Below, in pieces: positions 1-9,072 of a stretch of DNA of 63,590 nucleotides (within the stretch, counting starts at the first letter, position 1; each line of letters begins with the position of its first letter). A model generated the notes under the pieces. The model was not told where the DNA came from, searched no databases, and worked only from the letters and a program-made list of their open reading frames with translations. The stretch lies in contig CAYNFH010000005.1 of NCBI GenBank assembly GCA_964396385.1, positions 1 through 63,590 on the forward strand, written 5' to 3'. A program made the position numbers and the translations under genes. This stretch comes from an uncultured Chthonomonadaceae bacterium (GTDB lineage: Bacteria > Armatimonadota > Chthonomonadetes > Chthonomonadales > CAJBBX01).

Positions 1-365
1 TTCATCCCCTCCGCGTCCTGTGAGACGTCCGGGTAGACCTCGCTGTAGTTGCCCTCCAGGTAGACTTTGGCCACGATACCAGGTACGCAGTGTCCGGGTA
101 CAGCGACGTATATGACGTTGAGGTCGTGCTGCTTTATGAGCCGGTTGAAATGGAGGTAGACGAAGTTCAGGCCCGGAGTGGTGCCCCAGTGGCCCAGGAG
201 CCTAGGCTTGATATGCTCCGGCTGGAGCGGCTCCCGGAGGAGCGGATTATCACACAGGTAGATCTGGCCGACGGACAGGTAGTTGGCCGCGCGCCAGTAG
301 GCGTCCATCTGTCGGAGCTCGTCCCGCGAGAGGATCGGCTCGTTGCGTACCGCTGCCACTGCCAT
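1..365 (-). CDS. xfp: phosphoketolase (xylulose-5-P/fructose-6-P), N-terminal ~121 codons; gene runs off the left edge
   Basis: My own translation of the minus strand from ATG 365..363 gives [87 protein letters not shown]. This is the canonical phosphoketolase N-terminus. It is absent from the ORF track because it has no stop in the window. It replaces track ORF 90..473(+). Confidence 0.85.
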   Translation of the reverse strand, partial: MAVAAVRNEPILSRDELRQMDAYWRAANYLSVGQIYLCDNPLLREPLQPEHIKPRLLGHWGTTPGLNFVYLHFNRLIKQHDLNVIYVAVPGHCVPGIVAKVYLEGNYSEVYPDVSQDAEGM

Positions 366-730
366 GATACTGCGTCCCTTCTGGAGGAGCCGGGCCGCCC
401 ACCGGCCCGGCGTGTCAAAGCGTATTATGGAAGCGGCGCGGCAGAAGTCAATCAGCCATCCGGCAGATTGTGACGTGAATCTAATGGTGGCTGGGCGCTA
501 CAAGCCCTCACCCCCGGGTCGTACTCGCTACTGTGTCCTACTCTCCGCCCGCTCCACAACTGGCCGGTCTGCGCCGCCGCTCGAACGGCGGATCCGGACG
601 CCCGCCACAGCAGGATACAAGGTGAACGTCGTTTAAGCTCTGTTTATGCCGAACTTAATGTTCGCCAGATAGGATGAACGCGACCGAACGAGGCGCGCAC
701 GGCATCCGAACACTGAGAGGAGAGTAAGAG

Positions 731-1720
731 ATGATAGCAAGGTGGGTTGCGGCGGCTTCGATCCTCATGGCGGTTGGCGTACCGGCGGGGGCCGCCGCGC
801 CCTCGGCCAGCGTGGTGTCTCGCGGGGCGCGCATAACGCTCGGAAGCGTCCTGATGCCGGAAGGCACCACTATCCTACTCTTCACGCAGGACACCAGCGC
901 CATGGAGCAGCAGTACCTCGCGGACCTGGAAAAGCAGGTCCCCTCCGGCGCGAAGGTGGCGCTGGACGTGGTCCGCCTCAAGGACGTGAGCGCGCCCGCC
1001 GCCCAGCAGTTCAAGGTCACGGCGACGCCCACCGCGGTTGTCTTCGACCGCTTTGGCCGGGAGCTGGGCCGCTCCTCAGATGCCGCGGAGATACAGGCCG
1101 CCGTGCGCAAAGGCATGCTGATGGGCCGAATAAAGTGGGTGGACGAGGACGAGCCCAGGGCGCCGGAGGTGTACGGCGCGCCGGCGGAAGCCATCAAACA
1201 CGGGATCCCGGGCATCGTGAAGACTATGTCCATGACCCCGAATGCCTTCCGGATGTTCAACATCATGTCCGAGATCCACTTTTCGGACGGGTTCCTCAAA
1301 AGGCGCGACCACGAGCTGATAGGCGCATACGTCTCCGGCCTCAATAAATGTAAGTATTGAGTGGGCTCGCACGCCGCCGCGTTGCGGGGGCAAGGAGCCG
1401 AAGATGCGCTGGTGGACGCGGTTGGCACGGGCGATCTGAGCAAGGTGAAGCTGGAGCCCAGGGACGCCGCACTGCTGAAGTTTGTGAAACTGCTGACCCT
1501 GACTCCCGCTCACACCCAGGATTCGGACGTGCAGGCGCTGCGCGACGCCGGCTTCACGGACGAGCAGATCTGGGAGATCGCCTACGAGGTGAGCATGTTC
1601 TCATTCGTCAACCGCATGGCGGACGCGTATGGCCTGGACTATCCGAGCGGCGGATGGTACCCGCCTGCATTGAGGGAGAAGATGGAGCGCGAAAAGTCCG
1701 GCCAGAGCTCGAGCCGGTAG
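731..1720 (+). CDS. exported thioredoxin-fold-like + AhpD/CMD-family (peroxidase-related) protein, read through in-frame UGA 1358..1360 (predicted selenocysteine)
   Basis: Track ORFs 731..1360 and 1361..1720 are contiguous and in the same frame. The junction reads SGLNKCKY-TGA-VGSHAAALRG. That is the C-x-x-C-x-x-x-H active-site pattern of AhpD/carboxymuconolactone-decarboxylase proteins with TGA at the second Cys. There is an SD-like GAGGAG upstream of ATG 731 and a signal-like N-terminus MIARWVAAASILMAVGVPAGAAAP. Confidence 0.7.
1364..1399 (+). other. candidate bacterial SECIS-like stem-loop starting 4 nt after UGA 1358..1360
   Basis: Hand fold only. Lower stem is GGCUC(1364-1368)/GAGCC(1395-1399), followed by an internal loop. 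Upper stem is GCCGCCGC(1373-1380)/GCGGGGGC(1384-1391) with one G.G mismatch and an apical GUU loop about 21-26 nt after the UGA. Confidence 0.4.
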
Positions 1721-1765
1721 CCGCCGCCGGCGCGTGCAACGGCACCGTTTTGGGCCATCCTTTCG

Positions 1766-2338
1766 CTAACCCGGGTGGATCCTGCGCCGGGCGTGCCCCA
1801 CCCTGGCCGATTCCTGCTCTGCCAGCAGCCGGTATACTGCCCGCTCGAGCTCCGCATCGTCGTCGGATGAATATCCCACCATGTACCATCGGATGCGGCC
1901 TCGCCGGTCGATGAGGAACACGGTGGGTGTGGCATCCACCCCATAACGGTTGAAGATCCTCTTGTTTCCATCCGGCGAAGTGACCGTGGGGTAAGTCAGC
2001 CCGTACCGCTTGACTGCCGCAGGCACGCCTTTCGCGGTGTACGACTTGTCGTCGCTGATTCCCAACACGACCAATCCGTAAGGTCGGTATTTCGCGTACA
2101 GCGCCTGGACTGCCGGGAGTGATTCTCGTGCAGGGGGGCACCAGGAGGCCCAGAAGTGCAGGAGCACGACTTTGCCGCGGAGAGACGCGAGAGAGACGGA
2201 CGCTCCCTTGGCGGCGCGCATGGTGAAGTTTGGCGCAGCCACAGGCTTGACCGACACGGCTTGACCGGATGCAGCGATGGGGCAGGTCAGCGCGGCAACT
2301 GCCCCGGTAATGGCGCACGACTTCACGGCTCTGTTCAT
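1766..2338 (-). CDS. TlpA-like thioredoxin-family redoxin, monothiol variant (WCPPA instead of WCPPC)
   Basis: VVLLHFWASWCPPARESLP and GLVVLGISDD are redoxin/TlpA hallmarks. I trimmed the track ORF (1766..2665) to ATG 2338 (MNRAVKSCAITGAVAALTCPIAASGQ, signal-like), which has AAGGAG about 8 nt upstream. Confidence 0.8.
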   Translation of the reverse strand: MNRAVKSCAITGAVAALTCPIAASGQAVSVKPVAAPNFTMRAAKGASVSLASLRGKVVLLHFWASWCPPARESLPAVQALYAKYRPYGLVVLGISDDKSYTAKGVPAAVKRYGLTYPTVTSPDGNKRIFNRYGVDATPTVFLIDRRGRIRWYMVGYSSDDDAELERAVYRLLAEQESARVGHARRRIHPG

Positions 2339-2576
2339 ATGGGGTCTCCTTCCAGTTACGAGGCGGAATAGTCCTACAGCATTGTCGGCTGGGGACCGCT
2401 CAGGGAGTATCCGTTCGAAGACGGGTTCTGACCGATGCCTCCGTCCTCTTCTAGGAGCTCGCACCGAGATTTGGAGGAGTGGGTGCGGTGGAATGGGACG
2501 GGCGAGTTCCGCGCAGTCGGTGCCGGGTGTCGGGTACGATCCGTTGAGATATTGAACGCGGAGGTACCAATACTCG

Positions 2577-5402
2577 ATGCCGGGCCAGGGGGTGTTCTCA
2601 ATACGATCCAAAGCGTGCCGGGCAGGGATGGGGCCGCGTGCTCCGTTTGGCGATAGAGGATTCACCGGAACTGGCTGGCGTAGCCCCCTGTTTCGCAGGA
2701 CCCATTCCTTCTTCGCTTTCGCGCTATCGCTAGTTGTACTATGGTTTGCTTGCCCGTTGTCCGCCGAGACGCCTGGGAACCTGGTGCTGAATGGCGACTT
2801 CGCCGAGGCTCAGGCTGGGAAGCCGGCGCATTGGGACGTTGCGGGCGATGCGGAGCACGTGCAGCAGTCGCTGTCCGTGGTCACCTACCAGGGACACCGG
2901 TGCGCACGGCTGGCGTGTACGCGGTTCACGGGAAGCGGACCTTCCGTCCACGCGATGCTGGCTGAGGTTGGCGGCGTGCGGCTTGTGGCCGGCACTCTCT
3001 ACGAGCTCTCCTGCCTCGCGTGCCAGCAGGGTATCCAGGGCCGGGGCGTCTCCCTCGCGATCCAGGACACCAGCGGTTGGGTGAACTGCGGGCTGGATCA
3101 GAGTCTCCAGGTGGGCGAGCAGTGGCGGCCTTACCGCTTCTACTTCCGCGCCACCCGCACCGTGGGAGACACCAGCCGCCTTCAGCTCTGGTTCGCGGAG
3201 ACGGGTACGCTGTACGTGGCGGACATCCGGCTGGTGTCGCTGGAAGGGGTCCACGTCGCCTACACGCACGTCGTTCCGCCGAGCGCATCCCGCAATCTCG
3301 TGCCGAACGGCTCCTTCTGCGTGGGTGGGGCGGGATGGTCCTCAGTAGGCGTTCCGGCGGGCTGGGGCAACCTGTCCGGTCTGGTAGGGACCGTGATGCC
3401 GCGCGACTCGGCCGGCAACGGCTTCCTGCGCATCCCGATAGGGACCGGCCCCGCGCCGGCGCTCTACTTCGACTACCTGCACCCCGTGGTGCAACCTCAA
3501 ACCCGGGTCCTGGCGGCGAACGACGGCTGGATACCGCTGGAGAAGGGGGCCGCTTACACCGTTTCGTGCGACATGCGCGCCAGTTCGCCAGGACTTCGCG
3601 CCGCGCTCGGCGTCTATGAGTCGGATCCGGCCGAGCCGCGCTCCGGGCACGAACGGCTCCAGCAGGTCGAACTGGACCGGGACTGGAAGCGGTTTACCTA
3701 TACGTTCCACGCCGACACGCCCTACTCGTACGTTGAGGCAGGGCCGGACTTGGACGTGTCTCCCTTTGCCGGCGGCCCGCCCAGTGCGGCCAATCCTGCC
3801 AATGTAGACGTATCGAACGTCCAGCTCCAGCGGGGGGAGACGGCTACGGAGTACGTGCCGCGCAGCCCGCTGGAGGTGGGGATCCAGCCCATGGAACCCG
3901 CCGGCCTCTTCACCGTTGGGGAACCGGCTTGCCTCCGCGTGCGCGCCTGCAATCATGGCAGCGAGCGGACCGGGCTCGACATCCGCTTCGATGCCACGGA
4001 CTACTTCGGCCGCGCGGCGCCGCTGTCGCCGCTGCACCTGGACCTGGCGCCTGCCTCCATGACGGAGCGGCAGGTCCCACTGCCCGCCGGCTGGCGCGGT
4101 TTCTACCGGGTGCGAGCCAGCTACACGGGCGCCGGCCGCGCGGAGAGCTCAGAGCTTCGGCTGGCGGTCCTGCCGCGCCGTGAGGAGGCGGACAGCGTGC
4201 TGGGTATCAACCACGCCTTCGCGGACAACCGCCTCGTCCGGCTCGCCGCCAAAGCGGGCGTGGCGTGGTACCGGGACTGGTCGCTCAAGCGCCAGGACGT
4301 GGAGCCGAGTCAGGGCCAGTTCCGCTGGGAGGTGGCGGACCCACAGATCGACCGGGTCCTGCGCGCGGGCGCAAACGTAGAGGCGCTCCTGCCGCCGTTC
4401 CCCTCGGCGGAGTGGGACTCCGAAGCGCCTACCTCGACGACGGACGCGGAAGGACGGGCGCGGCAGGCGTGGGCGCCGAAGGACCGGGAGGGGCTGGCGG
4501 AGTTCGAAGCAGCCGCCACGGGACGGTACCGGCAGCGCGTGCGGGTGTGGGAGTTCCTGAACGAGCCCATCTACACGGACTACGCTTTGCCGCGACCCCG
4601 CTACTCGCCCGCGGACTACGTGGGGCTGCTTCGCATAGCGGCGCAGGCGATGCGCCGGGGGAACCCCGGATGCCGCGTCATGGGAGGCATCGCGGGCGGG
4701 CCGCAGACGCTCAGCCACGACGTGCTGGAGGCCGGCATCCTGAGCACCGTGGACCTGTTCAACCTGCACATCTACCCGGGCAGCCGTGCGCCGGAGGGAT
4801 ATATTCCGGAGATGGACCGGCTGCTCAAGGACATGGACGATCACGGCGGCCGCAAGCCGATCTGGATTACCGAATTCTCTTACTACGCGGACGACGAGCC
4901 GATCCGTACGCCCTTCATCCCATCGCTGGGCGATTGGGCGGAACAGCGGCTGCTGACGGATGAGCGGCAGTGCGCGGAGTACACCGTCCGGTTCATCACC
5001 ATCATGCTGGCGCATGGGGCGGAGAAGGTGTTCATCCATTCCGGTGCCAGCGGCACGCCCAACCAGCCTAACCTGGACTGCTGCCTCTTCGGACAGGACG
5101 GGGCGCCGCGCAAAGTCCTGCCCGCGCTGGCGGTAATGACGAATCTCCTCGGCGCTGGCCCTCGCTCAGCCGGTTTCAAGCGCATCGGCCACGACGGCTA
5201 TGCGGCCGCGTTCGAGACGGGCCGGCGGGCCATGCTGGCTGTCTGGAGCTCGGGGGCTCCCTTTGCGGTGCACCGGCCCGCGGGCGCGCGGTGCCTGGAC
5301 ATCATGGGGCGGGATGTCACAGGGCAGGTGTCGGCATCCGGGGCGCCGGTCTATCTGCTCGCGCCCCGGGGCCACGCCCGGGCGCTTCTGGCGGCACTCT
5401 AG
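2577..5402 (+). CDS. secreted multidomain glycoside hydrolase (two CBM-like N-terminal modules + clan GH-A TIM-barrel)
   Basis: Signal-like FFAFALSLVVLWFACPLSAE. NLVLNGDFAE and NLVPNGSFCVGGAGW are CBM4/9-like starts. WEFLNEPIY fits an acid/base NEP motif and IWITEFSYY fits a nucleophile TE motif. Start could also be ATG 2625. Confidence 0.7.
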   Translation: MPGQGVFSIRSKACRAGMGPRAPFGDRGFTGTGWRSPLFRRTHSFFAFALSLVVLWFACPLSAETPGNLVLNGDFAEAQAGKPAHWDVAGDAEHVQQSLSVVTYQGHRCARLACTRFTGSGPSVHAMLAEVGGVRLVAGTLYELSCLACQQGIQGRGVSLAIQDTSGWVNCGLDQSLQVGEQWRPYRFYFRATRTVGDTSRLQLWFAETGTLYVADIRLVSLEGVHVAYTHVVPPSASRNLVPNGSFCVGGAGWSSVGVPAGWGNLSGLVGTVMPRDSAGNGFLRIPIGTGPAPALYFDYLHPVVQPQTRVLAANDGWIPLEKGAAYTVSCDMRASSPGLRAALGVYESDPAEPRSGHERLQQVELDRDWKRFTYTFHADTPYSYVEAGPDLDVSPFAGGPPSAANPANVDVSNVQLQRGETATEYVPRSPLEVGIQPMEPAGLFTVGEPACLRVRACNHGSERTGLDIRFDATDYFGRAAPLSPLHLDLAPASMTERQVPLPAGWRGFYRVRASYTGAGRAESSELRLAVLPRREEADSVLGINHAFADNRLVRLAAKAGVAWYRDWSLKRQDVEPSQGQFRWEVADPQIDRVLRAGANVEALLPPFPSAEWDSEAPTSTTDAEGRARQAWAPKDREGLAEFEAAATGRYRQRVRVWEFLNEPIYTDYALPRPRYSPADYVGLLRIAAQAMRRGNPGCRVMGGIAGGPQTLSHDVLEAGILSTVDLFNLHIYPGSRAPEGYIPEMDRLLKDMDDHGGRKPIWITEFSYYADDEPIRTPFIPSLGDWAEQRLLTDERQCAEYTVRFITIMLAHGAEKVFIHSGASGTPNQPNLDCCLFGQDGAPRKVLPALAVMTNLLGAGPRSAGFKRIGHDGYAAAFETGRRAMLAVWSSGAPFAVHRPAGARCLDIMGRDVTGQVSASGAPVYLLAPRGHARALLAAL

Positions 5403-5493
5403 CGATTGATTGAGCCGAGGAACAGGCCATCGAAACTCGGAGTCTTAGCCGTGTCAGCCACCCAATCAACACGTTCGAGTGGAGGCCACGGCT

Positions 5494-6636
5494 ATGCCAA
5501 ATCTGTTTACGCTGAATCGCCGGGTATTCTGTCTGCTCGGCCTGCTCATCCTGACACTGTACGGCGCCGCCCATGCCCAGGGGACCTGGACAGAGGTTGG
5601 GCCGATGACGAGCCCTCGGGATGCGCACCGCCTGGTGATGGTAGACACCTTTGTGGGGCCGCTGCCGCTGAACATCGGCGGTCGCATCAGCGCATTGGGA
5701 TTCACCACGCCCTCTACGGAGTACTACGTTCCCTTCGCGTTCCTCTTTGTCCCCGGGTTTCCCATGGAGCACAGCCGCAGCTTCTTCCCGGCGGTAACGC
5801 TGAGCAACGGCAATGTGCTCGCGGCCGGCGGCTATAGCCAGACCGTGGGCGGCGGCACCATCAGCGCCTGCGACCTCTACAACGCGACATTCGGGCTCTG
5901 GCTGCCGACCGGAAGCATGCGATACCCGCGAGAGCTGCACACCGGGACCTTGCTGCCGAACGGTAAGGTGCTGATGGCGGGGGGCTTCAGCAACGGCGCG
6001 ATCCTGAACACGGCGGAACTGTACAATCCCGCTACAGGCAGTTTCAGCTCCACCCGCAGCATGAAGAACACCCGCTTCGGGCACAGCGCCACGCTGGTCA
6101 ATGGCCAGGTCCTTGTTGCGGGCGGCCGGACAGCCAACAACGTGTCGCTGGACGCGACCGAGTTCTACAATCCCTCTACCGGGCACTGGTCCGCCGGCCC
6201 CTCAATGACGGCCGACCGGTTCCGGCACACGGCCACAGTCCTGCAGAGCGGCCTGATTCTCATCACCGGCGGATACAGCTCTTCCCAGGGCCAGACGCTC
6301 AACACTGCGGAGCTTTACGACCCGTCCACCAACCAGTTCACGGCGCTCTCCTCCACCATGAGCGACGGCCGTATGGACCATACGGCTACTCTCTTGCCGG
6401 ACGGAACGGTGCTGATTGTGGGAGGGTGGAGCTCGGAGAAGGCGAGCACCGTGGAGTCCGCCGACCTGTTCGATCCGGTGACGAATACGTTCTCGCCCGC
6501 CGCGCCGCTCCCGGTCGGGCGCCACGAGCACGCGGCGGTGCTACTGCCGGATGGAACGGTGCTGCTCACGGGCGGCTTGGAGTTTGACGCGGTGGCGCAG
6601 CAGACTCTGAACGACGCCTACGTCTTCACGCCCTAA
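5494..6636 (+). CDS. secreted Kelch-repeat beta-propeller protein
   Basis: Repeated LPNGKVLMAGG / LVNGQVLVAGG / LQSGLILITGG / LPDGTVLIVGG / LPDGTVLLTGG units alternate with AELYNPATG-type linkers. ATG 5494 has GGAGG 9 nt upstream and gives signal peptide MPNLFTLNRRVFCLLGLLILTLYGAAHAQG. The track start is GTG 5479. Confidence 0.8.
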   Translation: MPNLFTLNRRVFCLLGLLILTLYGAAHAQGTWTEVGPMTSPRDAHRLVMVDTFVGPLPLNIGGRISALGFTTPSTEYYVPFAFLFVPGFPMEHSRSFFPAVTLSNGNVLAAGGYSQTVGGGTISACDLYNATFGLWLPTGSMRYPRELHTGTLLPNGKVLMAGGFSNGAILNTAELYNPATGSFSSTRSMKNTRFGHSATLVNGQVLVAGGRTANNVSLDATEFYNPSTGHWSAGPSMTADRFRHTATVLQSGLILITGGYSSSQGQTLNTAELYDPSTNQFTALSSTMSDGRMDHTATLLPDGTVLIVGGWSSEKASTVESADLFDPVTNTFSPAAPLPVGRHEHAAVLLPDGTVLLTGGLEFDAVAQQTLNDAYVFTP

Positions 6637-6691
6637 CCGGACCTGCCAGAAGTCCAACGCGGGAGAGCCGTGGTTTCTTCCCGAGCGGCCA

Positions 6692-7474
6692 CTAGCCCTG
6701 GACGGGCTTGCGGGCGAGAAGGGAGAAGGTGTTGGGAAGCCGGTGGAGCGTGTCCAGAGGGATGTAGGGCAAGGGGTCCCAGAACGGCTCCGGGTGCTCC
6801 TCCAGCCGCTCCAGGACGAGGCCCCCGTCAATCACCGCGTTGACGATCTGGCCCAGCGTCCACTGGCGGGCAACAGCCCCGGGCGGAAAGTCGCCCTCGC
6901 GGTTCGGGCGAGGCAGTTGCGAGAAGTAGTCTCCGCCATCGTCCCGGAGCACGAACGTCTCCGCGTTCGGCTCCCAGACCCAGGTCAGCGGGTGCGCCTC
7001 GAAAACATAGAGGAGCCCGCCGGGCTTCAGGAGCCGGTAAATCACGGCTGCCCAGCCCTCCAGGTCCATCATCCAGCAGAGGGCGCCCTTGCCGGTGTAA
7101 ACCAGGTCCGCGGTCCCGTCCAGGGTGTGCGGCGTCTCCTGTACGTTCGCCTGGACCCAGGCAGCGGGCGCGCCGAGCCGCTCGCCCTTGAGCCGCGCCT
7201 GCGCCAGCATCTCCGCGCTGAAGTCTACCCCTACCACCTCATGCGCGCCCATGTTCCAGAGCGAGAGGGCATCGCGGCCGTGGGAGCACTGAAGGTGGAT
7301 GGCACGCCGGCACCAGAAGGAGAGGTCCCCGAGGAGCCGGCGCTCCGGTTCCATCAGGTTGACGCCGCCCGACCGCAGGAAGGCAACGTCCGCTTCCACC
7401 TCGCCCGCGTACTTGCGCAGGGCTAGCGCGTTCCACGCACGCTCGTTTACCGCGTAAAGGTCGTCCGCCGTCAC
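6692..7474 (-). CDS. class I SAM-dependent methyltransferase
   Basis: VVGVDFSAEMLAQA (motif I region) and LKPGGLLYVFEAHP (motif III-like). 260 aa. Confidence 0.7.
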   Translation of the reverse strand: MTADDLYAVNERAWNALALRKYAGEVEADVAFLRSGGVNLMEPERRLLGDLSFWCRRAIHLQCSHGRDALSLWNMGAHEVVGVDFSAEMLAQARLKGERLGAPAAWVQANVQETPHTLDGTADLVYTGKGALCWMMDLEGWAAVIYRLLKPGGLLYVFEAHPLTWVWEPNAETFVLRDDGGDYFSQLPRPNREGDFPPGAVARQWTLGQIVNAVIDGGLVLERLEEHPEPFWDPLPYIPLDTLHRLPNTFSLLARKPVQG

Positions 7475-7552
7475 GCCAAAGCCTCCCTGAGCGTTATACC
7501 CCGCTAGCGATTCAGAGGGTGTCCTTACACCTCACCCCCTTATCTGCATTCC

Positions 7553-9025
7553 ATGTCCGAATCCGGCGAGACGTGGCTCGGCCGGACCGGCTATCATAGC
7601 ACCATGGAACTGGATCATGATGCCTGCTACCGCGCGCTGCTCGCGCACGACGCCCGCTTCGACGGCGCGTTCTTCGTCGGGGTCTCCACCACCGGAATCT
7701 ACTGCCGCACGGTATGTCCCGCCCGCAGCCCGAAGCGGGAGAGCTGCGCGTTCTTCCCCAGCGCGGCGGCCGCGGAGCGTGCGGGTTATCGTCCCTGCCT
7801 GCGCTGTCGCCCGGAGCTCGCCCCCGGCAGGGCTCGCGTCGATTCCGTGAGCCGCCTGGCTGCGCGGGCGGTCAGCCGCATCGAAGACGGTGCGCTCACC
7901 GACGGCAGCGTGGAGGATCTGGCCGCCGAGATGGGGGTGACCGGACGGCACCTGCGCCGCGTGGTAGAGCGGGAAATGGGCGTCACACCGGTGGAGCTCG
8001 CGCAGACGCAGCGGCTCTTGCTGGCCAAGCGGCTCCTCACCGATACGGACCTGCCGGTCATCGAGGTGGCGTTCGCGAGCGGGTTCTCCAGCCTCCGCCG
8101 GTTCAACGCCCTGTTTCAGGAGCGGTACCGCCTGCGGCCAACCGATCTTCGGAGAGGGAGGGGTACCGCTCTGACGGACTCGATAGTCTGCGAAGTGGCG
8201 TACCGCCCGCCGCTGGATTGGGATGCGCTCCTGGAGTTCCTGGCCGCGCGGGCGATTCCCGGCGTGGAGGCGGTGCAGGGGAGTCGCTACCTGAGGACGG
8301 CCGCGCTGCGCAAAGGGCGGGGATGGATCGCTGTCGAGCCCTCTGGCGTACGCGACACGCTGCGCGTAGAAGTCTCGGCCTCGCTCGCCCCGGCCCTTGT
8401 ACCGGCGCTGGCGCGCGTGAAGCGGCTGTTCGACCTCGCAGCGGACCCGCTCAAGATTGCGGAGCGGCTGGGGATCCTGGCCTCCGCCCGCCCAGGGCTG
8501 CGGGTGCCCGGCGCGTTCGACGGATTCGAGATGGCCCTCCGTGCAGTTCTCGGCCAGCAGGTGAGCGTCCGCGCCGCGACCATGCTGGCCGGTAGGTTCG
8601 CCGCTGCATTCGGCGAGGCCATCGACACGCCCATCCCGGCGCTCTCGCGCCTGACTCCGAGTGCGGACCGTGTGGCGGGCGCCACGGTGGACGAGGTCGC
8701 TTCCCTGGGCGTTCCCGGGGCGCGCGCAAAGGCGATCCTGACGCTCGCTCGTGAAGTTTGCGAGGGCCGCCTCGCGCTGAAACCGGGTGTGGATCCTGGA
8801 GCCACTATAGTGCGGATCGAATCGCTGCCCGGCCTCGGCCCCTGGACCGCCCAGTACATCGCGATGCGGGCGCTGGCGTGGCCGGATGCTTTCCCGCACA
8901 CAGACCTCGGAGTACGGAAGGCGCTCGGGGAGTCCGATCCGAAGCGGGTCCTCGCCGTCGCCGAAGCGTGGCGCCCCTGGCGGGCGTATGCCGTGATGCA
9001 CCTTTGGTGCAAGGATGAGGGATGA
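7553..9025 (+). CDS. alkA: Ada-type methylphosphotriester sensor / AraC HTH fused to DNA-3-methyladenine glycosylase II (AdaA-AlkA fusion)
   Basis: FFVGVSTTGIYCRTVCPARSPKRESCAFF...GYRPCLRCRPE is the Ada Zn-Cys4 domain. An AraC-type HTH follows (DLAAEMGVTGRHLRRVVEREMGVTPVELAQTQRL), then an HhH-GPD glycosylase C-terminal half (LPGLGPWTAQYIAMRAL). Alternative start ATG 7604 (MELDHDACYRALL). The last codons KDEG-stop lie in repeat 9013..9062. Confidence 0.8.
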   Translation: MSESGETWLGRTGYHSTMELDHDACYRALLAHDARFDGAFFVGVSTTGIYCRTVCPARSPKRESCAFFPSAAAAERAGYRPCLRCRPELAPGRARVDSVSRLAARAVSRIEDGALTDGSVEDLAAEMGVTGRHLRRVVEREMGVTPVELAQTQRLLLAKRLLTDTDLPVIEVAFASGFSSLRRFNALFQERYRLRPTDLRRGRGTALTDSIVCEVAYRPPLDWDALLEFLAARAIPGVEAVQGSRYLRTAALRKGRGWIAVEPSGVRDTLRVEVSASLAPALVPALARVKRLFDLAADPLKIAERLGILASARPGLRVPGAFDGFEMALRAVLGQQVSVRAATMLAGRFAAAFGEAIDTPIPALSRLTPSADRVAGATVDEVASLGVPGARAKAILTLAREVCEGRLALKPGVDPGATIVRIESLPGLGPWTAQYIAMRALAWPDAFPHTDLGVRKALGESDPKRVLAVAEAWRPWRAYAVMHLWCKDEG

Positions 9026-9062
9026 GGGATGAGGGATGAATCCGGACCCTCACCTCTCACCT
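9013..9062. repeat. heptamer-array palindromic element: GGATGAG x3 + GGATGAA / core TCCGGA / CCCTCAC CTCTCAC
   Basis: Read directly. The arms pair over about 14 positions with 2 A.C mismatches and 1 G.U. It overlaps the alkA stop codon (9023..9025) and fills the alkA-ogt gap. Confidence 0.8.
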
Positions 9063-9072
9063 GGAGAATACA

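Noticed and set aside
90-473. Track ORF of 127 aa on the plus strand at the left edge.
   Set aside because: The opposite strand encodes an unmistakable phosphoketolase N-terminus (1..365). The plus-strand product has no recognisable features and is an antisense artefact of high GC.
2131-2150. WCPPA in the TlpA-like redoxin as a frameshift or sequencing error at the G6/C6 homopolymer.
   Set aside because: Changing the homopolymer length breaks the downstream reading frame, which otherwise matches the redoxin family well. The Cys-to-Ala change therefore looks like a genuine substitution, although reads should be checked.
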